This document shows, piece by piece, positions 1-10,002 of a DNA stretch of 64,000 nucleotides. The translations under genes and the position numbers were made by a program. The stretch is taken from the NCBI GenBank assembly GCA_001770175.1, contig MEQK01000154.1:778-64777 (forward strand), in the 5' to 3' direction. Source of the DNA: Bdellovibrionales bacterium RIFOXYD1_FULL_55_31 (GTDB lineage: Bacteria; Bdellovibrionota; UBA1018). Numbering within the stretch: the stretch's first letter is position 1; every line of letters starts with the position of its first letter. Under the pieces are notes generated by a model that was not told the DNA's origin, made no database searches, and saw only the letters and a list, made by a program, of their open reading frames with translations.

Positions 1-632
1 TCAGCCTATTCTTCGGACTTTGGTTCTCGCCGAGCGGAGGCGTCGCCTTCTTTTGGCCGTCTTTTTTTCTCCTGTTTCCTGTCACTCTCTGGCTGATTCG
101 CCGAAATTCCCGGAATTTCCGGAATTGCTTGAAAAACGGCATCGTTCTGGCCGGAATCGGCGCTCTGCTCGCCCTGCTATCGTTCGGTTTCGCGCGCTGG
201 TGGTCGCCATTCGGCTGGGCGGCCTGGGGCCCGCGGCTTCTCCTTCCCTGGTTGCCAGTCAGTGCTTTTCTTCTGCTCTTTACCTATGCGGATGAATTTC
301 AGGCGGGGCTTGCGAGGCTGGGCCAGAACGCCGGACGGTTTTGGATTGCCGGTACGCTCATCGTAGCCGCGAGCTTCCCCCAATTCGCTATCCTGACCAA
401 CAGACCTATGATCGCGAAGGTCATCGAAGGGCACGCAGCGGTTTGCGCCGACATTCATGAAAATATCGGCATCTATTACGATTGCCTTTTAGCGGCGGTC
501 TGGCCAAAACGCTGGGGAATTCTGGAACTTTATCGCATCTGGCCAAGGCCCGAGTTATTCATCACCTCGCTTCTTTACAGTGCGTTCTTATTGCTCATGC
601 TTCAGGCTTTGCGAACCACCAGGGAATCCTGA
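1..632 (+). CDS. C-terminal part of an integral membrane protein (5' end outside window)
   Basis: The reading frame containing nt 3 is stop-free from nt 3 to the TGA at 630-632; the tracked ORF 129..632 begins at an internal TTG. The translation is hydrophobic and Trp/Phe/Leu-rich (LFFGLWFSPSGGVAFFWPSFFLLFPVTLWLI, IVLAGIGALLALLSFGF). No family motif recognised. Confidence 0.5.
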   Translation, partial: SLFFGLWFSPSGGVAFFWPSFFLLFPVTLWLIRRNSRNFRNCLKNGIVLAGIGALLALLSFGFARWWSPFGWAAWGPRLLLPWLPVSAFLLLFTYADEFQAGLARLGQNAGRFWIAGTLIVAASFPQFAILTNRPMIAKVIEGHAAVCADIHENIGIYYDCLLAAVWPKRWGILELYRIWPRPELFITSLLYSAFLLLMLQALRTTRES

Positions 633-690
633 AGTTCCACCGCGGAAAATTCCTCTTGAACTCTGCAGAAGGTCATTTATTCTTTCTGTC

Positions 691-1440
691 ATGGAAACCC
701 AAAACACCCTCACCCCGCCCCCCGCCACCGCCGATATGTCTTTTCGCCAGCTCGTGAATGAGCGCCGCAGCGTTCGTTCATTTTTGCCCGAACGTATCCC
801 GAGCGATGTCATGCAGGACTGTTTCGACATGGCCATTCTCGCCCCCAGCGTCTCAAATCTGCAGCCCTGGCAGTTTTACTGGGTGAAGTCTGATAAAAAT
901 CGCGAAGAGATGCGGGACCTCTGCATGCGTCAGGAGGCAGCGAATACCGCGGCTGAATTCGTGGTCTGCGTCGGTAGGACCGGCCTTTGGCGTAAGTACG
1001 CAAAACTGATCATTCAGCAGATGGAAGAGGCCCAGCTCGACCTCCCGAAACCTTTTGATATTTACTATCACAAGATCGTCCCCATCTCTTACACGCTCGG
1101 CCCTTTGAGCATCCTCGGATACCTTCGAGAGTTTCTTTTTTGGGCCATTCGGGTTTTCAGACCCATGTCACACACCCCGAAAAACCGATCTGAGATGCGG
1201 GCTTGGGCAATCAAATCGACCAGTCTCGCTTGCCAGAATTTCATGTTGGCTCTTCGCGCTCACGGCTACGACACCTGCGCCCTGGATGGGTTTGACCCCA
1301 CAAGAATAAAACGTATGCTCAAGCTGCCGCGGGACGCCGTGATTGTGATGGTCATCACTGCCGGAAAACGCGCTCCCGATGACGTCAGATTCGGGCCGCG
1401 ACTTCGTCTGGGCCGCGAAAATTTCGTTTTCGAAGCGTAG
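691..1440 (+). CDS. Nitroreductase family protein
   Basis: ORF 580..1440, start moved to ATG 691 (METQNT). Nitroreductase-fold motifs: ERRSVRSF, APSVSNLQPWQF, C-terminal GYDTCALDGFD. Confidence 0.85.
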   Translation: METQNTLTPPPATADMSFRQLVNERRSVRSFLPERIPSDVMQDCFDMAILAPSVSNLQPWQFYWVKSDKNREEMRDLCMRQEAANTAAEFVVCVGRTGLWRKYAKLIIQQMEEAQLDLPKPFDIYYHKIVPISYTLGPLSILGYLREFLFWAIRVFRPMSHTPKNRSEMRAWAIKSTSLACQNFMLALRAHGYDTCALDGFDPTRIKRMLKLPRDAVIVMVITAGKRAPDDVRFGPRLRLGRENFVFEA

Positions 1441-1450
1441 CTGAACGATC

Positions 1451-2647
1451 CTACTGTTTCGAAATTCTGATGATGACGTCTTTTTCGGGAGGACAATCCG
1501 CTCTCGAGTCGCAATTGCTCGTGGTAACGTAGAGGTAACCATCGGGACCCTGCTGCACGTCCCTGAGGCGTCCGTATCCGGACGGACGCTCCCCGGAAAG
1601 ATAGACCTCGTGGGACGAAAACCCGAGTGATCCGGATCGAATCACAAGGCGGTGAAGGTGTGTGGAGCCAAGCGTGCCCATAATGAAATTGCCACGCCAC
1701 TCGGGAATCTTATCGCCGCGATACATGGCCCCTCCCCCTGGAGGCACTGCCGATTTCCACGAAATCGCGGGTCGCACCTTTCCGGCACTGGTCTGACAGC
1801 CCGTCACCGTCGGCCAGCCCAGGTTGTTCCCGGCCATCGCGAAATTCACTTCGTCACGTCCCGTTTGCCCGAGATCCCCCGAAGGGCCGTGATCTGCCAC
1901 AATCAAAGTCGATCGATCCAACCAGTCAAACGCCTGCGAATTCCGGATCCCGGAAATATATACGGGGCTTCCGGGCATCGGATTGTCGCTCGGAACACCT
2001 CCCTCTGGCGTGATGCGCAGGATCTTCCCGGAGAGGCTCTCGCTGCTCTGTGCCCGGTTAGGTACGCCGGCATCTCCGGTGCTGACGTACAGCATTCCGT
2101 CCGGGCCAAACCGGAGACGTCCTCCGTCGTGAACGGGAGAAGCCGGAATCCCGTCCAGAACCACGCGATCCAATGTCGCGGCTCGATGATTCATCGAAAG
2201 GCGATAGCGGCTGACGCGATTGATCGCATCGCCTCCGCTATTTGCAATCGTGTGGTAAACGTAAAAAAATGAATTCTCCGCGAAACGCGGATGAATCGCC
2301 AATCCGAGAAGACCGCCTTCTCCGATCTCTTCGAGCGCGAGCTCAAGGACGGGGGCACCTTGTAGCACGCCGTTCCGGATCAGGCGCACACGGCCCGGCC
2401 GCTCCGTCACGAGCCAGTCGCCACTCGGGAGGAACGCGAGCGCCCAGGGCACCTCGAGGCCGTTCACGACGACTTCCGCCCGGATCGACACCGTGCCCGA
2501 GGGGCCGAAACCATTCTCAACGAATATGCAGGAATCTCTGGCCCCATCGGCGACCTGCGCGAGATTCGTCGCAAAACGGGGCCCGGCCAGGAAAACGGCT
2601 GACCCGATGGAAAGAGCAATGATAATGAAGATCGTCGAGAAAGACAT
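1451..2647 (-). CDS. PQQ-dependent sugar (aldose/sorbosone) dehydrogenase, beta-propeller
   Basis: Signal peptide. Typical blocks: GLEVPWALAFLPSGDWLVTERPGRVRLI, GGLLGLAIHP, HDGGRLRFGPDGMLYVSTGD, GIRNSQAFDW. Confidence 0.85.
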   Translation of the reverse strand: MSFSTIFIIIALSIGSAVFLAGPRFATNLAQVADGARDSCIFVENGFGPSGTVSIRAEVVVNGLEVPWALAFLPSGDWLVTERPGRVRLIRNGVLQGAPVLELALEEIGEGGLLGLAIHPRFAENSFFYVYHTIANSGGDAINRVSRYRLSMNHRAATLDRVVLDGIPASPVHDGGRLRFGPDGMLYVSTGDAGVPNRAQSSESLSGKILRITPEGGVPSDNPMPGSPVYISGIRNSQAFDWLDRSTLIVADHGPSGDLGQTGRDEVNFAMAGNNLGWPTVTGCQTSAGKVRPAISWKSAVPPGGGAMYRGDKIPEWRGNFIMGTLGSTHLHRLVIRSGSLGFSSHEVYLSGERPSGYGRLRDVQQGPDGYLYVTTSNCDSRADCPPEKDVIIRISKQ

Positions 2648-2689
2648 GGCAGTCCGTCGTCAGATAGGTCTGCAAAGCACGTTCCCGCC

Positions 2690-4126
2690 TTAGCCTTCGA
2701 AAGGTCCCGCTTTCCTGAATCTGTCTGGATTGATCCGATGTTTTCGGATCAGTCCGTAAACTTCGGTTCGCGACTTCGAGGCCAACCTCGCTGCTTCAGC
2801 GATGTTCCCTCTCGCCGCTTCCAAAACTCTTTCCAGATACCCGCGCTCGAACTGGCTTTTTGCCTCCCCGAAACTAGGCAACGGTTCCGCGGGGTCCGTC
2901 GTTTCGGCGTCACGCATGGCCTCGGGAGGGGCCGATTCCGCTTCCACTTCAGGCGAAAACAGATCGCCCGCGGTCAAGGTGGCGCCGTGCCCCAGAACCA
3001 AAGCGCGCTCGATGCGATTTTGGAGCTCTCGGACATTTCCGGGCCACGAATGATGGACAAGCGCTTCCTGTGCTGACGGCGAGAATCCGTCGAAGCGGAT
3101 CTTCAACTGCTCAGCGTAGCGCCTCCCGAAGAGAGAAGCCAGAAACAGGATATCCCTGCGCCTATCCCTGAGCGGGGGGATCATCAGCGGAATGACATGA
3201 AGACGGTAAAAAAGGTCCTGTCGAAAACGACCTTTCACCAGTTCGTCTTCAAGCTTGCGATGAGTGGCCGAGACGAGGCGAACATTCACCGGAATCGGAT
3301 GAACGCCTCCGAGCGGGATAACCTCCTTTTCCTGCAACACACGAAGAAGTTTCGCCTGAATGCTCGCCGAAGCGTCTCCAATCTCGTCAATGAACAGAGT
3401 CCCCTCGTTCGCGCGAACAAACAGGCCCTGCTTGTTTTCACGGGCGTCCGTGAACGCCCCGCGCACGAACCCGAACAACTCGGCCTCGATCAGGTTATCG
3501 GGAACTGCGGCGCAATTAAATGCGATAAAAGGCGCTTTGGCTCGCGGACCGCACTGATGAAGCGCCCGGGCAACCACCTCCTTTCCGGTCCCGGTCTCGC
3601 CTTGAATCAAAACATTGCTGGTCACGCTTGCCGCGATCGCGATCTGTTTCAGGAGAGGATCGAGCGCGGGATCGCGGGTTTTAAAAATGCTTCTGATGTC
3701 CTCGGCATTGGTGTGCTGCTTGATGGCCCGAAGCTCCTGCTTGAGCCGATAATTCTCGACCGCATGGACGAGCTGCGACCTGAGTTCACCACCCTGAAAA
3801 GGCTTTCGCAGATAGCCAGTCGCGCCGAAGGTAAAGGCCTTGACGGCTGAATCCAACTCACCATGCGCCGTAATCATGAATATCGGAATCTCATGGTCGA
3901 TTTCCCGGATCCTGCGCAGCAAGTCCACCCCGTCAAACTCCCCCAATCGGATGTCCAGCAACACCGCCATGAACTCCTGCCGCGAGAGCGCGGCCAAAGC
4001 GGCGGCAGGCGTCGTACACGCGTGAATGGCAAAACCCTCGTTTTCGAGAAGCAGGCTGATGACATCACTGACCTGTTCGTCATCATCGATAATCAGAATA
4101 TGATCGGGAGCGCTCTTCTCGGTCAT
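2690..4126 (-). CDS. Sigma-54-dependent response regulator (NtrC-type enhancer-binding protein)
   Basis: ORF 2690..4198; start moved to ATG 4126, which overlaps the TGA of the upstream gene (ATGA). REC (ILIIDDDEQ, LLDIRLGEFDG). AAA+ sigma-54 activator domain (GETGTGKEVVARALH, GAFTDA loop, LFIDEIGD). Fis-type HTH (GNIAEAARLASKSRTEVYGLIRKHRI). Confidence 0.9.
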   Translation of the reverse strand: MTEKSAPDHILIIDDDEQVSDVISLLLENEGFAIHACTTPAAALAALSRQEFMAVLLDIRLGEFDGVDLLRRIREIDHEIPIFMITAHGELDSAVKAFTFGATGYLRKPFQGGELRSQLVHAVENYRLKQELRAIKQHTNAEDIRSIFKTRDPALDPLLKQIAIAASVTSNVLIQGETGTGKEVVARALHQCGPRAKAPFIAFNCAAVPDNLIEAELFGFVRGAFTDARENKQGLFVRANEGTLFIDEIGDASASIQAKLLRVLQEKEVIPLGGVHPIPVNVRLVSATHRKLEDELVKGRFRQDLFYRLHVIPLMIPPLRDRRRDILFLASLFGRRYAEQLKIRFDGFSPSAQEALVHHSWPGNVRELQNRIERALVLGHGATLTAGDLFSPEVEAESAPPEAMRDAETTDPAEPLPSFGEAKSQFERGYLERVLEAARGNIAEAARLASKSRTEVYGLIRKHRINPDRFRKAGPFEG

Positions 4127-4494
4127 TGAACCGTTCTCTTGGATTCCTCGGTATCGATATTCTTCAACGCTTCGAGCTGTCCATTGAGCCGCGCGCATTT
4201 TGCTTCGTAAAGCTGTTCAGCCCTGAGGATCTCGGCCAGCAGCTTTCGACTGAGCACGACTCTCTTTCCTTTCGCCCTCCTGAGCGCGCGTTCGACGGAA
4301 AGAAACGCTTTCGCTCTTTGATTTGCTCCGTGAGCGGGAACCAGTACGGGTTTTGGAAGAGCAGGTGGAGCGCTCCGGGCAACCGGCTCCTCCGGAGGCT
4401 TGGGCGGAAGCGGAGGTGGCGGCGGCAGAGTCGCGCAGCCCGCCAAATATGCGAACGCGATGAGAGAAACAAGGACCCAAATGCTCGGCTTCAT
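4123..4494 (-). CDS. Small Pro-rich lipoprotein embedded in the two-component operon
   Basis: Signal peptide plus lipobox (AYLAG/C), PPPPPLPPKPPEEP linker, basic helical C-terminus. 4-nt ATGA overlaps with both neighbours. Confidence 0.6.
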   Translation of the reverse strand: MKPSIWVLVSLIAFAYLAGCATLPPPPPLPPKPPEEPVARSAPPALPKPVLVPAHGANQRAKAFLSVERALRRAKGKRVVLSRKLLAEILRAEQLYEAKCARLNGQLEALKNIDTEESKRTVQ

Positions 4495-5897
4495 AACTGA
4501 ACCTCTGATACTACGATCGACCTTTGTTGAACTATCTTCACGGGAAGACGGACACGAAATCTCGTTTTGCCGGATTCTGAACTCACGTTCACATCTCCCC
4601 GATGAGCTTCGACGACCTTCTTTACCACGTGCAGACCGATGCCCATCCCCTGCTGCTTTACTGAATTGGCGCCGCGATAGAAGCGGTCAAAAATTTTGCT
4701 TAACTCGTCCTTGGCGATATCGACTCCGGAATTTGTAACATCCACCTGAACGCCGGCACTCGGCCAGTCCGAAACCCCCACCGAAACCTCAATCAAAGAT
4801 CCCTCAAGCCCGTACTTGATCGCGTTCAGGAGCAGATTGACGAATGCCTGAACGACTCCGTCCCAGTGAAAGAACGCGAGGACGGTTTCCGGCGCGACCA
4901 ACCGCAGTGCGATCGTTTTCTTCTCCGCGAGAGGTCTGACTTCATCGACCGCCGTCTGAATCGCGGAGGAAAGATTTCGATTCGAGAAATCGGCCTCGAA
5001 AATTCCTGAACCCGTCTTCGAAAGATTCAAAAGATTGTTGATCATGAACTCAAGCCTTTTCGAGGCGATCAGACAAGCTGAAAGGCACTTCTTCTGCGAC
5101 TCAATTGAAAGCTTCCTCTCCTCCGAAGAGAGCAAGCTAAGACCTTCCTTCAAGGCGGCCATCGGGTTCCGGATCTCGTGCGAGATCGTGGCCAGAAATT
5201 CGTTCTTCGCTTGATCAAGGGATTCGAGACGCGCGGCCATCGAATTGAAATCCTGGGCGATCTCGCGAAGCTCCGTCAGGCCTTCCGCCCTCATGCGACA
5301 GGAAAGGTCGCCTTCCCGGATTCGCGTGGTCGCATCACGGAGGTGACGAAGCGGCCTGATCAGACCGTGATAGAAAAGAACCATCATCCATGCCGTGATG
5401 ACGATTGAAAGAACGACAGCGACAAGGATCAGCCGAAGGAGCCCCGCCGCGGCATCGCTTGCGTGCCTCACGTTTGTTTCACGCTCCTGACTTAAGACTT
5501 CCTGCGCGTGCTTCACTGTTTCGCGCAACTCGAAGACGGAGGTTTTCGCCCTCACGGCCGGGATCAAGCCCGGTCGCAGGAGATTGATCGCCTTCGCCTC
5601 CTTGAGGATCGTGTCCCGATATTTGGCGATCAGCTTCGCATAGACCGGATCTCGCGTGATCGCCCACTTCTTCTCGGCAAGCTGCTTTGCATTCAACGCC
5701 GAGTCAAGCGCGAACAAGAGATCCTGAAGCGGCACGTCCCGCTCAACCAACGCCTTGCTTTCAACGAGGTGTACCCGCGCGACCGAATAGGCTCGAACGC
5801 CCAAAATTACGGTCAACGCAATGAGGGATACGGAAATCAGCATCGCGTTGATCTTGAGACCGGGGGGATACGGCGGAGAGTACAACGAAAAACGCAT
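4491..5897 (-). CDS. HAMP-domain sensor histidine kinase
   Basis: Two TM segments flank a sensor region of about 150 aa, followed by HAMP, an H-box (ATISHEIRNPMAAL), and N and G boxes (LLLNAIKY, GMGIGLHVVKK). Confidence 0.9.
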   Translation of the reverse strand: MRFSLYSPPYPPGLKINAMLISVSLIALTVILGVRAYSVARVHLVESKALVERDVPLQDLLFALDSALNAKQLAEKKWAITRDPVYAKLIAKYRDTILKEAKAINLLRPGLIPAVRAKTSVFELRETVKHAQEVLSQERETNVRHASDAAAGLLRLILVAVVLSIVITAWMMVLFYHGLIRPLRHLRDATTRIREGDLSCRMRAEGLTELREIAQDFNSMAARLESLDQAKNEFLATISHEIRNPMAALKEGLSLLSSEERKLSIESQKKCLSACLIASKRLEFMINNLLNLSKTGSGIFEADFSNRNLSSAIQTAVDEVRPLAEKKTIALRLVAPETVLAFFHWDGVVQAFVNLLLNAIKYGLEGSLIEVSVGVSDWPSAGVQVDVTNSGVDIAKDELSKIFDRFYRGANSVKQQGMGIGLHVVKKVVEAHRGDVNVSSESGKTRFRVRLPVKIVQQRSIVVSEVQL

Positions 5898-5958
5898 TCA
5901 CAAAAATTCTACATCAAGCATTGCCTTTACAAAGCGAATTCCAAAGCAGCCCGCCCAC

Positions 5959-7800
5959 CTAACTCCTCATTTTTCTGCTTCGCGAGACGCCTTCCTTTTT
6001 TATCACCAGATACTTTTTCTTATTCGAACAATTGTCAAACAGGCTCGACTTGTAGGATCCGAGTTCGTCTTCCCAAACTTCAGTCCAAACCTCGGAAGTA
6101 ATCGGCGCGCGCCCCCAATTCCAGACCTTGCCCGCGGGTTCCTTGCGCTCCTGCGAAAGGTTTTTAACGAGCTGCTTGTAATCGGGATGCGCATTCTGCC
6201 AGACGATGTCCTGACTTGCACCGTCGAAAATCTCGACTTCGACCATTTTGATGTTTTCAGCCACTTCGTCGAGTATTCCCAACATCCATCGATTTCGGGC
6301 GACGAGGTCCTTCTCAATCCTTGCCCGCGCTTCGCGCCTCGTCTCCGCTGAAAAGGCTTCCTGATTGGCCACGAGCGTGCGCCAGACCGGACTCGCGGAC
6401 CGGAACCGGCGATAATGAATCACATCGGTCACGAACCTGCTGAGTTCCGCGCGAAGCCCGTCCGATAAGCCGCGGGCGCGTTCTTTTTTGATACGGGGAA
6501 GCAGCCGGGCAGCAACGGTCCTGAGCCTGTTTCCCATTCGTTTCTGTTCGAGCGATGCCGATCGGCTGAGTCGTGGTATTCCGGCATTCTCTTCACTCAG
6601 GAGATTGAGCTGTTCCTGCGAGGCGATGAAATACGGCGAACGCACCCATTCGCTGGCGACGCGATCCGGGACCAAAAGCTTCTTCCTTTTCAAAAAACCG
6701 ACGGCGAGCGGATACAGCTCCTCGAAGCGTTTCTTTTTAGTCCAGTCCGAAAGCCAGCGGTAGGACGGCTCATAGCCTCTGTGGAATTGCTGCAAAGCGC
6801 GCAGGGCTTCCGGAAATTGACAAAGTTCATTCATGGCAATCGAAAGGACCATGAGACTTTCGGGCGCGAAAACCCGGCGCATTCCCCCGGCCTGAAGGTT
6901 TAGGGTCGCGCCAATCGCGGCTTCATACGAGCGCGAGGCGAGGGAGCTCCACGCGAGTTCCGAGAGCGCCGCCGGGAGTTCATTCGAGTTCTTGCGCACC
7001 AATTTAAAATGGCGCGCGGCTGAATCATACTTGCGGAGCGCGAAATGAGCCCTGCCCGCGAGCAAATGCGCCTGATCCAAATGCCTTTCAAGCGGACGCT
7101 GCTTTGACACGAGAGAGGATTGCGCCGAGATAAACCGTTCCATTTCGCCCGCCGTTCCCTGGTGATCGCCGTTGAGCGCCGCCCAAAGTCCAAGCGCGAA
7201 GCTCTCGTAAGCCCCTCCACCCCGGAGCAACGCCACGGTCCGATGGATGACGTCTCTTGGTTTTTCCTGCTGAATCTGCTGTTTCAGGAGCAGCGTTGCG
7301 ACATTCCGAAGCAGGCGACGCCCGCTTTCGCTTTCGGCGGACGCGAGGTGATCCGACAGAACCGCGGCCAGCTCATCCGGAAGTTCCATCGCGGGATAGC
7401 GAGAGACGAGCCGATTGAGACACCCCAGAGCCGCCATCGACACGCCGACCGAATCGAAGCGCCTCGCTCTCGCCGTCAGCAACGCAGCAAAGCCCGCCTG
7501 CGCGGAATGATTCAAGCCCGCGGCCAGGAGCGTCCTCGCGATCCAATATTCCGAAAAGCTTCTGAGATCGCCAGGCGGAGTATCGCGCCGGTACGCGATG
7601 GCTTCGGCCAGACTGCGCGCGGCTGAGGCGCGACCGGCCAAAAAGGAGTTGAATTCCTTCTGAACATCTGACGGAATGGAAGCATCAAAGTTCCAACGTT
7701 CGGTCCGCTCACACGGATTGCCGACGGAGAGCCCGCCTCCGGCGAAAGCCGGCACCGTCCAAAGGCAAATCAGCAGTGCGCCAAACCACCGTCGCTTCAT
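5959..7800 (-). CDS. Secreted helical-repeat (TPR-like) protein, GltC-position
   Basis: Signal peptide (ALLICLWTVPAFA). Long all-helical, repeat-like sequence. The start ATG overlaps the stop of the upstream barrel gene. Family assignment rests on architecture and position only. Confidence 0.6.
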   Translation of the reverse strand: MKRRWFGALLICLWTVPAFAGGGLSVGNPCERTERWNFDASIPSDVQKEFNSFLAGRASAARSLAEAIAYRRDTPPGDLRSFSEYWIARTLLAAGLNHSAQAGFAALLTARARRFDSVGVSMAALGCLNRLVSRYPAMELPDELAAVLSDHLASAESESGRRLLRNVATLLLKQQIQQEKPRDVIHRTVALLRGGGAYESFALGLWAALNGDHQGTAGEMERFISAQSSLVSKQRPLERHLDQAHLLAGRAHFALRKYDSAARHFKLVRKNSNELPAALSELAWSSLASRSYEAAIGATLNLQAGGMRRVFAPESLMVLSIAMNELCQFPEALRALQQFHRGYEPSYRWLSDWTKKKRFEELYPLAVGFLKRKKLLVPDRVASEWVRSPYFIASQEQLNLLSEENAGIPRLSRSASLEQKRMGNRLRTVAARLLPRIKKERARGLSDGLRAELSRFVTDVIHYRRFRSASPVWRTLVANQEAFSAETRREARARIEKDLVARNRWMLGILDEVAENIKMVEVEIFDGASQDIVWQNAHPDYKQLVKNLSQERKEPAGKVWNWGRAPITSEVWTEVWEDELGSYKSSLFDNCSNKKKYLVIKKEGVSRSRKMRS

Positions 7801-8534
7801 TGCTCGCCTCCACCGAAAAGAACTGACACTCCCAGCGTGAGGGCATTAGTCCAGTTCGTCCGTTCATCGACGATTTGTCCGAGCTTTGTCGGAATGACTT
7901 TTTCCACAATGTTCTCGTGGTAAGCCATGAGCCGATAATCGATGACGAACGACACGGATTTCGAAAGATAGATCTGCTGCCCCAGGCCGAAGAAAGGAGT
8001 GAAGTAGGTCCCCGTTTCCGTGTTGGTCGCACCACCTCCCCCGAGAAGATGGAAATCGTAGTAGAGGATCTTCTTGCCGAGCAGGCTAAGCTTCCCGTAC
8101 ATGATGCTCGCGGAGGCCTCGCCGCCGAGAAAGGAGCGGGGCTCATTCGTATTCGCGGTCGCGCCGCGGGTGGCTTCGAACGTCAGCAAAGCCTGTGAGG
8201 GCGCGACGCGTGCCTTCCAGCCAAAGACCCGAACGCCCAGGAACTCCGAGAAGTGATATCCGAGAGAGCCTCCGGTACTTTGAACGCTCAGAAAGGGATC
8301 GGAGCCGATCAACCCGAAGTAGCCCCCCGCCTCGACTTTGCCGACTTTCGTGTAAAGCCGGTTTTGGACGACCCCCAACTCCGAATCATCACCTCGGGCC
8401 CAATACTTCTCCTTGATGGCATCGACCTGCACGCGTTCGTTGTCATCGGACTTGGAGCCAGCGGCCGCCGGAGAGACCGTCGCGAGGAGCGTCAGGGCGA
8501 AGAGCGCAAAGAAACACAGATTGATAGTTCTCAA
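7797..8534 (-). CDS. Outer-membrane beta-barrel protein (GltA/GltB-like)
   Basis: Signal peptide (FALFALTLLATVSPAAA) and an alternating beta-strand pattern. The N-terminal block IKEKYWARGDDSELGV...GSDPF resembles the myxobacterial-type OM barrel family (recalled, not searched). 245 aa. Confidence 0.65.
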   Translation of the reverse strand: MRTINLCFFALFALTLLATVSPAAAGSKSDDNERVQVDAIKEKYWARGDDSELGVVQNRLYTKVGKVEAGGYFGLIGSDPFLSVQSTGGSLGYHFSEFLGVRVFGWKARVAPSQALLTFEATRGATANTNEPRSFLGGEASASIMYGKLSLLGKKILYYDFHLLGGGGATNTETGTYFTPFFGLGQQIYLSKSVSFVIDYRLMAYHENIVEKVIPTKLGQIVDERTNWTNALTLGVSVLFGGGEQ

Positions 8535-8535
8535 A

Positions 8536-10002
8536 TCAGCCTCCCAAAGTTTTGAAGATGAACGGATATGTTACGCCGACGTCGATCCCGCCCTTCGTCT
8601 GCGGAAATCTCCAGGCTACAAGCCGTCTCACGATGCAATCATCGAGATTCGAGCCGGTTACAGTCGAATTACGAACAGCCGCCGTTTTCACGCGGCCGGA
8701 GCCATTGATCGTGAAGCCGAGAACCAGCTTTCCCTCGAGGTCGGGATCATGGATGATCGAGGATTCGTAACAGTAGCGAATTTCATTCAGATGGCGGTGG
8801 ATCACCTTGCCGACCTCATCCTTCGTCAGACCCTCCTCGACCGAAGACCCCGTGGTATCCATCGCGACCAGTGAACGGCCCTGTCCTTGAATGCCCACGT
8901 GCTCTCCACGACCGTAGCCCACGCCTTTGCCGTCACCCTGACCGCCACCGCCGAGGGCTCCGATATGCGTGCCGCGCCCCGTACCGGGGCCGGTGATCGG
9001 CGCGACCGAGTGAATTGCCGGCGAACTCGAATTGAAAAGCCTGCGCGCGCTCGCGGATTTATCGACGCCGGGGCCGTACTCCGATTTGGCGAGGAGCTGC
9101 GTCATCCCGCCGCGAAAGAGTCCTTTCATCGCGTTCTGAAGTTTATCGCCTTCAAACGCGGACGCGACGGCCGTGGGCTGTTTTGCTGACGGCGCCTTTT
9201 TGGGGGATCCGGCCCCGCTCGAGGCCGCGGCGACCCTGAACCGAATCGGATTACTGAGCGCGACATCCTGAACGGGCATCGGTTCCTCCGGCATCGGAAC
9301 TTCGCTCCGTGGCCAAAGAATGCTGACAAACAGGAAGACCGCTACGAAAGAACCGACCGCACGAAAGCTTCGCTTGAATTCCGTCCAGTCCGGATCGCTC
9401 TTTTCAGAAACCGCGAGAGGAACTTCTTCCGGAGAATTGAAACTCCAGTCGTAGGCACCGACCCGGACGGTGACATGAAGCAGCTCCTCGAAGTTCACCA
9501 CGATCGTTTCGAGCGGTTTCAATTCGTGAACGGCTCTGGAAGTACACAGCCGGATCGATTCGGACGCGAGGGCGGTCAGCCGGTAACCTCCGTCAGCTGA
9601 CTTTAACGAAAACACCGGGATATCGTCGATATTTCCAACATACGCCGCTCCCAGCCGGGTCGAGTTGAACGTCCAGCCCCGTGATCGCTCATAGATGCGG
9701 AGTGCTCCCGATGTTCCGCTTGATCCGGAAACATAGGCTGGACGAACGGAATGCCGATTTCGGAGCACGACTGAGGCACCCTCAATATCGAGCCGGGCTC
9801 CAGCTTCGAGCTCCGCTTTCTTGAAAAGGTATTCCCGATTTCCGGTCAGCTGACGAAGCCGAACTCCCTCCTCAGAACGCTCCAGCTTCCAATTGCGACC
9901 ACGTCCGAGCAACAACGGCTTATTGCCGGCCCAAATTTTCTGTCGGATGCCGCTTCGAGTGGAGATCGTCAAGATAATCGATTTCTGGGTTTTCGGATTC
10001 AT
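8536..10002 (-). CDS. Bitopic TonB-like protein with AgmX/PglI-type C-terminal domain (GltG/GltJ-like)
   Basis: Cytoplasmic N-domain of about 190 aa, one TM (VGSFVAVFLFVSILW), a Pro/Ala/Gly-rich linker, and a TonB_C-like end (EIRYCYE...GKLVLGFTINGSGRV...CIVRRLVAWRFP). Confidence 0.7.
   Translation of the reverse strand: MNPKTQKSIILTISTRSGIRQKIWAGNKPLLLGRGRNWKLERSEEGVRLRQLTGNREYLFKKAELEAGARLDIEGASVVLRNRHSVRPAYVSGSSGTSGALRIYERSRGWTFNSTRLGAAYVGNIDDIPVFSLKSADGGYRLTALASESIRLCTSRAVHELKPLETIVVNFEELLHVTVRVGAYDWSFNSPEEVPLAVSEKSDPDWTEFKRSFRAVGSFVAVFLFVSILWPRSEVPMPEEPMPVQDVALSNPIRFRVAAASSGAGSPKKAPSAKQPTAVASAFEGDKLQNAMKGLFRGGMTQLLAKSEYGPGVDKSASARRLFNSSSPAIHSVAPITGPGTGRGTHIGALGGGGQGDGKGVGYGRGEHVGIQGQGRSLVAMDTTGSSVEEGLTKDEVGKVIHRHLNEIRYCYESSIIHDPDLEGKLVLGFTINGSGRVKTAAVRNSTVTGSNLDDCIVRRLVAWRFPQTKGGIDVGVTYPFIFKTLGG

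Noticed and set aside
5921-5950. Sigma-54-like TGGAAT-TCGCT-TTGT (minus strand) upstream of the histidine kinase gene
   Set aside because: The -12 GC dinucleotide is GT and the -24 region is TGGAAT. Too degenerate to call.
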